The notes below the pieces were generated by a model, which did no database searches, had not been told where the DNA came from, and saw nothing but the letters and a program-made list of their open reading frames with translations. Below, piece after piece: positions 14,037 through 25,560 of a stretch of DNA of 64,000 bases. Positions within the stretch are counted from its first letter, which is position 1. Every line of letters begins with the position of its first letter. The position numbers and the translations under genes were made by a program. Origin of the DNA: Podarcis gaigeae (taxonomy: Eukaryota); assembly GCA_964106915.2 (NCBI GenBank), contig OZ066923.1. One strand, written 5' to 3'.

Positions 14037-14245
14037 GTGGGATGGTGGAAGGACAAGCGTCTCAAGATGAAATATTATGTGTGGCCACGTTCTGAGCTTT
14101 ACCCTGACAGTGAGGAGCGTGCGGACGACCATCTCAGCATAGTGACCCTAGAAGAAGCACCGTTTGTCATTGTGGAAAATGTGGACCCTCTAAGCGGTAC
14201 CTGTATGAGAAACACTGTCCCATGCCAAAAAAGAAATGTGACAGA
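14037..14245 (+). CDS. GRIN2B: GluN2B coding exon (human exon 5 equivalent): end of ATD, ATD-LBD linker, start of S1
   Basis: ttccattgcttcag|GTG acceptor, ACAGA|gtaagt donor; translates [69 protein letters not shown]; 209 nt, phase 0 to 2. Confidence 0.97.
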
Positions 14246-14825
14246 GTAAGTGCCAACAGGATCTTTCTCCAGCTGATTCCTCCTAGCATGTTTCTCTCCA
14301 CAGCAGCAAAGCCAGCTGGACTGTCTCAGGCTGGCTTTGTTGCCACTTGCCACTAACCCAACGTTCCAATCAGCTTGGCTCATTCAGCAAAACATCAAGC
14401 AGAGTTTTCAGCTAGTGGAGAATGATAGAGAGATTAGCCAAGGAAAGAAGTAGGGGATAACAGTAGGCAATTTTAAACAATTCTAAATTCTAGCACAGAT
14501 CAAAATTGTCCAAATCACATTTTTGTTGGAAATTAGCACCTTTGTCTAAAAAAAAGGAAGAAGATGAAAAAAGAAAAATGACAAGAATATATTTTCAAAA
14601 TTTCTGCTTATAACATTCAGTTTCTGCTGAGAATGCCACACAAAGTTTGAATTTGGAACTAAACATGGTAGTTCTGTGTTTTTCAAGGATCATATGGAAT
14701 TTCTCAAGATTAAATCCACTTTCTGAGTGCAGCATGATGGAAAAAATGGGCCATATGTTTTTGTTTTTAGTTTTAAAATATCATTTATCAGTTACACTTA
14801 ATCACTTTTTGTTGTGACTGTTTAG

Positions 14826-14997
14826 CAACAAGACGGATGAGGAGACTGCGTACACCAAGAAATGTTGCAAAGGGTTTTGTATTGATATTCTCAAGAAAAT
14901 CTCCAAGTTTGTCAAGTTCACCTATGACCTTTACTTGGTAACCAATGGTAAACATGGGAAGAAGATCAATGGAACATGGAATGGAATGATAGGCGAG
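14826..14997 (+). CDS. GRIN2B: GluN2B coding exon (exon 6 equivalent), S1
   Basis: gactgtttag|C ... GGCGAG|gtaagc; 172 nt; (D)[57 protein letters not shown]; not in the ORF track. Confidence 0.97.
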
Positions 14998-15462
14998 GTA
15001 AGCCATGAAAGGTACCTGCTTTTACTTACAGGCTCACCAACAGACTGAATGAATTATTTCCCCCCTATGGCCGGATGATATTTGTTCTTGGGGCAGAAAT
15101 TGAGTCATGCTTTCCAAATCTGTGTAGCAATTTGAATTTTGCCATTGGGAAAAATTATCATCTTGGAATTATCACCAAGCAAATTTGTGAAGTTATATGA
15201 TATTTACATGGGTTTTTTTTTTAATATAAAAGCAAATGTAAGAAAAAAATATTTTCTGGAACAAGCAGGAAATGAAGAGCAATAGAAATAATGTTGTTTT
15301 CTGCTGCTTGTGGTCCATTTACTGCCAGAGTATTTCTCAGCATGCGTTTGATGGAGGAGGTGATGCGAGGTATGACATGCAATAACACAAAGGGAAACAC
15401 CAGTATATACAACTGTAAAGTTTAAAGGATTTTTGCCACCTTCCTCCAAGTCTCTAAATCTG

Positions 15463-15628
15463 TGGGCAACAGCTCAGTCACAGGGTCAACCCTTGACATC
15501 TGCAGGTAGCACTGGGAGACATCCGTGCCTGAAACCCTGGAGAGCTGCTGCCAGTCAGTGTACACAGTGCTGAGCTAGATGGATCAGTGGTCTAATTCAG
15601 CATAAAGCAGCCTCCTATGGTGTTCCTA
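15463..15628 (+). mobile_element. Old tRNA-SINE with CR1-like tail (same family as 33553)
   Basis: gaaaccctggagagctgctgccagtcagtgta..gagctagatgga..ggcagc..cctatg. Confidence 0.6.
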
Positions 15629-16090
15629 AATGTACATCGTCTCTGATCCCAACACCCAAAGTGTTTTGCAGGTATGTGTACATATGTGTGTACACAAATA
15701 CCGAAACCAACCCACAACCAATTGGTTGCCATAAAAGGGCACACTTGTGGGGAGGGCTGTTGTTTTCCAGGGAAATGGAAAAAAAGGATGGTCCTTCCCA
15801 GGCATTATTTTTTTCCTTTCACTGATCTGACCTTCCATTCTGAATGTTCAAATATGATGTGAAACAATCCTTAGCTAGCCTGCCACTCTTTTTCTCCTCT
15901 CTTATTGCACAATGTGCCACCTTCCTCCTACTTTCTTTTTCCTTTATCTTTCCCAGTTCCCAGTTCCAAATGTGATGTCAACCCCATTTGCCCTTGCTTT
16001 CTCCCTTCCTGCCTCATATATACAAAACCTTATGAATGTGTGGCATCCTGTCGTTGTTTTAACTTACCCGAAAGCATCCTTTATTCTTGA

Positions 16091-16441
<351 letters not shown>

Positions 16442-17162
16442 TGAAAGAAACTTTATACACCCTGAAGTTCAATCCTGAACTAGATTTCAGAACCAGGTTC
16501 TAGATCTGAAAATGAGAATACTAACAAATAACTTTAGAAATATTGGTCCCAGGTTCCAGAACTAGAAGTTTAATTATGTTCAAATACATTTCTTCAGCTT
16601 TCCCCTGATCTTTGCTTCCCAAAGCCCGGAGTTGACCTTTGACAATCATTTGGCATCCCAGCAGTATGACATGCAGACGTTCAGAAGAAGCTTTTCCTAT
16701 CACTTTGCCTTATATCCAAAAAAGTGAAGGCAGAGTCTCTTTCTTGCTTTCTTTTTTGAAGTTTATAGGCCTTTTTTGTCTGCAAAGCCCTCAAAGCACC
16801 ATAAAACTTTAAAAAATCAATTGAAATCACAATAGCAGCAGAGAAAATATACTGACAAAAAATTAGATACTAATTCTTAACTGACTAGTGCATTTCCATT
16901 CTGAGGATCTACATCAATATGGCACTCTGTGCCAGTCTACAGAAAGGGAAAGGACTAGGCTGGCTTTCTGGGGCAGAGAGTTCCAGAGCCTGGGTTAAAC
17001 CAGGCTGAGAGTCAAAGCAGAGTGATTAACAATGGAGTCACGTGCTCCAGACAACAGGATCCCAACATCAGCCTGAAAGCAGTATTTTGAACACATTTCA
17101 AAGGCAGGACCACTAGAACATATTGCAAAGTACTGCAATTGCATATTACCACCTCTCCCCAT

Positions 17163-17476
17163 GGGACGCGGGTGGTGCTGTGGGTTAAACCACAGAGCCT
17201 AGGACTTGCCGATCACAAGGCCGGCGGTTCGAATCCCCACGACGGGGTGAGCTCCCGTTGCTTGGTCCCTCAAAGTGCAAGTAGATAAATAGGTACCTCT
17301 CCGGCGGGAAGGTAAACGGCGTTTCTGTGCTCTGGTTCGCCAGAAGTGTCTTAGTCATGCTGGCCACATGACCCGGAAGCTGTATGACGGCTCCCTCGGC
17401 CAATAAAGCGAGATGAGCGCCGCAACCCCAGAGTCGGCCACGACTGGACCTAATGGTCAGGGGTCCCTTTACCTTT
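17163..17476 (+). mobile_element. Sauria SINE (Squam1), same subfamily as 827-1160
   Basis: GGGACGCGGGTGG head, ..cctaatggtcaggggtcccttt(ACCTTT) tail; 12-bp TSD acctctccccat. Confidence 0.93.
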
Positions 17477-17935
17477 ACCTCTCCCCATACTAACCCACCC
17501 AGAGCCTGCAAGAAGGGCCCGAGGCCCTTCTTTGTGTGAGTTCTGGAGGGTGGCAATACAAGAACTGGCCCTTTCTGCAGTAGTTTCTTGCTTTTGGAAT
17601 GCTCTCTCCAGGGAAGCTCACCTGACCCCTTCATTATATACCGTAAGGTGCTGGCAAAAACTCACTCCTGTGTAAGTTCTGTACCTGAAAGCAACTGCCA
17701 TTTAGAGTAACAGTAACTGTAAAGAAACAGTAACCAAATCAGTTCGGGGTGGAATTTAATGATGGTCTCTTCCAATCTTTCCACCCACATAAGCAATTCT
17801 GCTTGCCAGTTGGAACAATACCAGCTCTCCTCCCTAGGGGGCAGTGTGAGGAGACAAGGGGGAAAGGCCCTTTCCATAAGCAGAAGTCCTTGCACTTGGC
17901 TTCCACTGATGGGGCTGGCTTGTATTTTGGGGTAG

Positions 17936-18214
<279 letters not shown>

Positions 18215-21200
18215 TAAACAAGGAAAGAAGTTGAATCAATAGATTCACAAACAGCAGAAAATTTAAATGGATCTCTTTGGATGATTGGGCATTTGCGTGG
18301 CTCACAATACAGAGCCACTAATTTCCAGCTGACCTGAAATTATCTGCCTGACCCTATGTGTGTTTGCTCATAATTTCTCCAAAGTAAACATGCTACTTTG
18401 TTAAACTGAAATATGTGCAATATTTTGCAAATTTTGTCATGCATATGAATTTTAACGTAATAAATTTGCAACCCTTGATTGCTTTTCCTACTTTGGTTCT
18501 GCTTGCCTTGGCTGTATAACTGGAAATTTACATGACGACAATGATGGTGATGATATTACAAAGCTATGTAATGTTACATTCATCTATCTCTCATTACACT
18601 AATTGCATTAATGGAATTATTTCCTTTCAGAGATTCACCCAAAGTGCCTAATGGAGAACCTCTGCACATTAACCCCTTGCAAATTAATTCACATCTAGAT
18701 TGTGTGTCAGAAGAAGGACAGGGATAAGGAAGTTACAGCAATCTAGGGGTGCTTGAAGCAGCAGAAACGACAAACCATCTCCACTGTCATACTCTACTGC
18801 CTCCATAAATTTGAGACATATTAACTATTAATTTAATATCCTTGGGTGGGTGGGGGATGTAGATGGAGTAGTTGCAGAGGGACGGGGAGCAAAAGGTGCA
18901 AAGCTGTCTGATTAGAGAGTTGATTTATGAGTGAAGGGCAAAGGCAGAATACAGAAAATAAGTGAAAGCACTTGGATGCTGGTAAGATACTGGTATATTC
19001 CCTAGGCTTCGTTGAGCTGTGAAATGGCCCCCTACGTAAGACCTTCTGGTTTACCCACAGGCTGAAAATATGAAGATGCTTGAACTGAGATATTTGTGTG
19101 AAAATCGTTTTACCCGCTTCTCAAATTTGCCCTGAACGTATCTATGCCACCAAGTTTTTGAGCCCTGAAGAAAAGATATTTTGAAATGGAAATTTAGTCA
19201 GAGCTTTATGTATAGTCATGCCAAAGGGAGCTGATGTCCACAAGCTGTGGACAGCATACATGGACCAATGCACATATCTAAAGAGATGTATGCAGAGTTG
19301 TGAATATTCATGAAGATGCTCATGATGAAATTTCTGTATACACACCATGCACATATTTTTAGTACAGGTAGCAGAACAGATGTGAATGGTGAATAGCTTG
19401 AATGAATTATTTGGGGTAAAACTGGATTCTATATGTGAAATGATGACATACATTGTTATGAGAAACATGCATTGCACAAGGCCAATATGGATATGTTCAT
19501 GTGTGTTTTTTCTGGATACCAAATGCTACACAGAGTTCACTGTGTGTTTGCAGCTGTTTGCATAGTCCACATGATGTTAGCCTATGCAACTCAATGGGAC
19601 TTACTTCTGTGTAGTCATTGAGGATGATAGTCATATCTTAACTGTTAAGGTATCCTGAAAAGGTACTCTTGCTTTATAAATCTATGGTGATTCTGGATGA
19701 AGCAGCAGCAAATATAGACCATGCAAAACTGAAAATATGCAATGTTCAACAATGTTTCTTTGCAATTATGCAGTGGAGCTAGTTTAAAGTTTTATTTTAT
19801 TTATCCATTTTCCCTTTAAAAGTTTCCTTTAAAAGTTCCTTACTCGCTTCCTCAAATTTTTAAAATGCAAATTATAAACATCAATACAGAGATAAATTAA
19901 TTTGCATGCAAAAATAAATGTTGATGAAATGCTTCACTGTTAAGTATTCAAAAAGCCAAAAAATGCAAAATGAATGTTTCTCATAATAACTTATCTCATC
20001 TGCATTGCATATGTGGGAGCCAGATTTGCCATCAGATACATTCATTCAATTCTTATTGAAAGTCAGCTGGAGTTGTGGCACATAAGCCTGCATTAATAAG
20101 CATAACTAATAGACTCTGTGAACTTGGTTTGAGTTAGTTCCATTAAAATGCAGAGGGAAAAAGAGCAGCTGTGTGAAGGAACTCTCTTGGCCTTGTACTT
20201 CATTGCATGGATGTTTCTAGTTGTTTAGATCACAGTGACCTTGTACGACTTAAAGAACTTTTGAAAACCTGTGCTCACACTTACTTAACAGAACAACAAT
20301 AGCTATGATACCAAATGCCACAATTTGTTATAGAGCTAGAGGCGTCATGAAATTTCTGTTCTACTCATGGGAGTGCTCCTGAATGTCTAAAACTCATGAT
20401 GTGAAAAAGATTTATGCGTGCCTCTGTTTGCAAGTCATACATAAGTATGCCAAGACTCAGAGAGCAGCACTGCATACTTTCATCTTACGGGGAGGCACGT
20501 GTATCACTTCCTCCCTGTTGCAGTTTAGGTTGCAGGAGTGGCTTGCGGAGTTAGTCGCTTCAGTGACTCTATTTACGATAACGTTTGGATAAACAAAAAT
20601 GCATGTATGCATTGTTAAGGCAGATGACGTTTTGTTATACCTCACCCTTCATCTGAGGTACTCAAAATGACCTTTTAGCTTCACAGCAACCAGAAGATGA
20701 TGACTAGGTGAGTTGCCCAAGGTCACCCACTGAGCTGAGCAGCCAAGGACAGATTTGTTTCCGGGTTTCCCACAGAACGTTAGGGTCCTTTTACTCATTT
20801 ATTTTGTGGGATCCAGGCATATTTATTTAAGACACTTTTCTGCTACAGGACTGTCACATTTCCCCTGCGTTCCACCTACAGCATTTTGTGGATGGGAAAT
20901 GCAAATTGTTGTCCTTTGTGCAGAATGTGGCCACTGGAATTCCACTGTACCCACCTAAATGTCAGTGTCACAACAAATAGAGATGAGCAAAACACCCCAC
21001 CCTCACTCATTTACACTCATAACACAATTTTCTGTACTTTTTAAAGTTCAGCTTTTAGAGTTGTGCTTTCTTGGGGACTGTTTTTACTTTTTGTTAGAGG
21101 ATCATTCAATCCCAAGAACACTCATGTAGCCCTCAAAAGACAACAGGTGAACATCAGCAGTGCCAAGTGTTTTTCAATAATTTTTATTATTTTCGATGTG

Positions 21201-21920
21201 CTTTCCCTTTCTAGGGTTGGAGAGCACATCCTTTTTGTTTTGTTTTGTTTTAGAGTAGTAAAAAGGAGTTCCCTCTCCCAGAACACTAGTCAGGCTCTCC
21301 CCAAACATGACTTCTTTCTTCAATTACATGGGGAACTGGGAAGCCTATTGGCTGATAACTGATTGGCTCTGCCATGAAACCTGAAGCCTACCACTGACCC
21401 ATCACACTGCCAAACCATGCTTTGATAACTGGGAACATCCAACAAGGTTGTGCCATCTCCCAACTTCCTCCAGCTGCATGAATTTCCCTATCTTTCTCTG
21501 GTTAGTGTTAACTGCAAGGTTTCATTGCTACACCTGACCTGGCATAAGAACAGTTACCACTGACCATAGTTAGCTTCTAAACCAGAGATTGAGGTAAACT
21601 TCTAACCCTGGTTTCAGTCTCTGTTTTAGAAGCCAACTGCTATTTTACCTCTTCAGATTTAACACTGCAATTCTATGGACACTTACCCAGGAGTAGGTCC
21701 TGTTGGGGCTTACTTCTGAGCAGACATAGTTAGAATTCTGCTGTAAATTAGTTGATATTAACCAGGAAGAACAGAGAAAGAGAGGAAGAAAAGCATGCAA
21801 ATTTATGGGATTCTTCCAGTATACCAACCTATGTTTGCGCAATCAGACAAAGTGATGTATAAAAGAAAAGGGTCAGGATTTTGTACTAACTACTTGGAAT
21901 GACGGACTTTGCCAGTCTGA

Positions 21921-22223
<303 letters not shown>

Positions 22224-24011
22224 TGAAATCCTTTTGCTTCTTCTTTATTTTAATTGAGTGCACCCTGAGCTTGGTTAGCAATAATGCAGCCATAATTTAA
22301 TTTATGATGTCAATAATAAATAACATGATAATTCAAATAATAAGAAAACTTTTTAATTTTATTTTGTGTGTGTTTTTTAATTGATTTGTGAATATCTAAA
22401 CCCAAGTTTCTCAAAGTATAAAGTGAGCATCCCTATGTGTTGGCATCCTATAACTGTATGAACAGTTGCCAGGAGAACTGAAACAACCTCCCTGATAAAA
22501 CCAGATTTTGTATATATCTTGACTGGGCAAAGAAATAGAATGTGCCTGCTCTCTTCTTAGCAACTGTGAACTAATAAACTAGTGCTCTGCCTCCCATTCC
22601 TTCTGCTATCCTTTAATCCACTTGAACTCTGCTTGGGGCAAGTATGACAAATACAACATTTTGTCTTTGGCTGATTTTGTTCTCCTGCTTTCCAGTTTCT
22701 GTAGGAATTTCTCACAAGCTGAGAAGTGCTGCACAGCAATGCTCTGAGAGGTTATTATTATCTTCCCTGTAAAGAGGAGGAACAGACACTGATATGCTTA
22801 AGTCCATGGCAGAAATAGGATTTAAGCACACACCCCCCATACACAATAGCCCACTCCTATGCATAGTTATATGGAAATCCCGTTATATTCAATTGGCTTT
22901 GCTCCCAAATAAGTGTGCACAGGATTGCAGCGATAGGTTATATATTTTACCATGAAGCTTCAGAAAATGGAAGAATATCAGCTAAATAGCTATATTTGGA
23001 AGTACTTAGGCTGGAGAAAAAAAAATACCCTCATGCAAGTTAATGTAGTTACAATGTAGTTGATAATTTGGGGCTCTGCTGTTATCGGTGAATGAGGGAT
23101 GGGGATGCAACCCTGAAAGGAAATCTTCTCTCACCCATTTTCTTAATATTTTTTTCTTCCTTGCTCTCATTTCCTGATATTTTTTTTAATTGTGTGAATT
23201 ATAGATGCAGATGTTTTATGGTAGGCTGGGCTGTGCAGCAGCATTAGACAGAGGTCACTGGCTTGTGGTCACAGAGGTGGACTCCTTGTGCTTATGGGTC
23301 ATAGCTATTGATGAATATAGTGTTGTAAGCTCTAGTTTATCATTAGTGCATTGGTTTATTTTTTAACAATAATAATATTTATTAGTACAATATTATCTTA
23401 TCATACTTTGTTCAAACCAGGCTTGTCTGATATGCTGCAAGGGTGGCACTACAGTTTCCTAGATTACATGTCCTCAAGACAGATGTCTGTAATATTTGTG
23501 ACCTTCTCAGTGCCTTTTTTTATTATTCATTCTGTCCCATTTTAACCTCACAAACCATCAAAGATGATGAGTCTTCGGTGGTTGCTGATGGATGAATTAG
23601 CATATATAAGAAGCACAGGATTATTGTTGGTAGATTCAAATCCTGGGGGGAAAGGCCTTTCTTCCTATGTCCCTCCACCTCCCTTTTGAGATATTAAATG
23701 CAATTTGTACCAAACCATGGGCTATTTTTTACCTTAAGGTGTATTCTGGATTTCAGGTTCTTGGATAGATGGCCAAACTTCATGTAATGTAAGGGTTCTG
23801 TGGCTGGAATTCCTGTTGTCTTTTCCCATTACAAAAAGATCTGCCTGATTTGGAAGAGGGAGTTTAACAAATTTTTAATGTATGTGTTGCCTCCGCACTT
23901 CTTAGCTCCCCATCTTTTCAGAAAGTCCTTCCCTGGGCAGCCAAAGAAGAGGAGGTGAAATGGTCTCGGCACTTTCCCCCACCCCCAACACCAGAGGTGT
24001 AGCAGCTATCA

Positions 24012-24099
24012 CTCCTCTCCTCTCCTCTCCTCTCCTCTCCTCTCCTCTCCTCTCCTCTCCTCTCCTCTCCTCTCCTCTCTTCTCCTCTCCTCTCCTCTC
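24012..24099 (+). repeat. (CTCCT)n pentanucleotide microsatellite
   Basis: About 17 units read directly; source of the EERRG/PLLSS pseudo-ORFs. Confidence 0.95.
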
Positions 24100-25196
24100 A
24101 TTTTGTCCCACAGCAGCCGCCCAGGCAAATCCTTCCAGAAAGTAGGGGAGAAGTTAGTATCATAGCCAATGGGAGTTGGAAGTTGGTGGGTCCTTCCAAC
24201 TCCAGCAAATGCTTCACGCTGCGGAGCTTGAAGATAGATTATAGTCGTCCCTCTGCTTACATCAGGTTGGCAACCCACAGCTTTGAAGGCTGCCTGCACA
24301 TTACACTTTGTAGCTTTATTTCTAGAAGGGCTGAAGACATACTGTTAAAAAAAAATAAAAACTCAGTGTTTGGGTCTTCTGCTGCCATGAGCCCAGGTGC
24401 AATTGCTGCAATTGTACCATTATAAATCCATCTCTGTTAGCACTGCATGGATTCCTATTGCCTCGGGTCCAAACAACTTACTATATCAGTCACAGCTCTG
24501 ACCTCACTTATTGGCTAAAAACATTGAGAGGCAGTAACAGCCAGGCTGGCTCATTTGAAAGAAATTATTCAGAAAGGTACCTGCATGTTATGATTGATAA
24601 ATTTCTTATTAGAAGGGCTAGAAACTTCTTCTTTTTTAATGAAAGCTCTGAGTCTGGTACCTCCTTCAGGGATGCCAATGAAGGCCTTCATGGGCACCAG
24701 GTTGGTGACCTCTGCCCTAACGGACCAGCCTCCACTGATTTTAATTGGAAAGAAGGAGAAGCAAACAGTAGAAACAAAACAACTAAAATGCTAGAATTCA
24801 ACCATCTCAATTCATTGCTTGTAGTCACATTTCAAAGCTATCCTCTCAGATAACAAGGCACACTAATGGTTTGGAGGCCCCTCAGCCCCATATGGCCCTA
24901 ATGCCGCACACACCTATAAATCCTTTCCTGCTGGGAGCAGCAACACTGACATTGTTAGAGCTGTTGGGGCTTGTAGTCTGCAGGTGTGGCCTTCTTATTC
25001 CAATCTAGAACATTACTTTCCTAAAATCCGTTGCACCCTAATTTCTCTTGCTGTTGTTTGTGTCTGTCTTGAGTGTTAGTTATGAGGTAAGTCTTGTCCC
25101 TTCAGCCCCAGCCCCTAAATTCTGGCCTTTGGTGTGATTGATTTAAATCCAGTGTTAAATACTTGAAGACCTCTGTGTCTCTTGAGTAACAGTATA

Positions 25197-25413
25197 CAGT
25201 GGTACCCTGGGTTACAGATGCTTCAGATTACATACGCTTCAGGTTACAAACTCTGCTAACCCAGAAATAGTACCTCGGGTTAAGAACTTTGCTTCAGGAT
25301 AAGAACAGAAATTGGGCTCCGGCGGCGTGGCAGCAGCAGGAGGCCCCATTAGCTAAAGTGGTGCTTCAGGTTAAGAACAGTTTCAGGTTAAGAACGAACC
25401 TCCGGAACGAATT
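25197..25413. mobile_element. Tc1/mariner (Tigger-like) non-autonomous element, right end truncated
   Basis: TA|CAGTGGTACC left terminus, internal repeats cttcaggtta / ggttaagaac. Confidence 0.75.
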
Positions 25414-25421
25414 ATCTTGCT

Positions 25422-25560
25422 TAGAATCATAGAACTGTAGAGTTGGAAGGGACCTCAAGGGTCATCAAGGCAAATCCTCTGCAATGCATGCGGCTTGTAT
25501 GGGAATCCAACCCACAACCTTGGCATTATCAGCACCACACTCTAACCAACTGAGCTAACT
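25422..25560 (-). mobile_element. tRNA-Ile-derived SINE with CR1-type (ATTCTATG) tail (Squam2-like)
   Basis: Minus strand TAGCTCAGTTGGTTAGAGTGTGGTGCTGATAATGCCAAGG head; CCCTTCCAACTCTACAGTTCTATGATTCTA tail. Confidence 0.8.

Noticed and set aside
23902-24299. EERRG / PLLSS repeat proteins
   Set aside because: Artefacts of the (CTCCT)n microsatellite.
25500-25560. tRNA-Ile-like sequence (also tRNA-like heads at 33553, 43080-43133 and in the Sauria SINEs)
   Set aside because: Degenerate stems, fused directly to LINE-derived tails: SINE heads, not tRNA genes.
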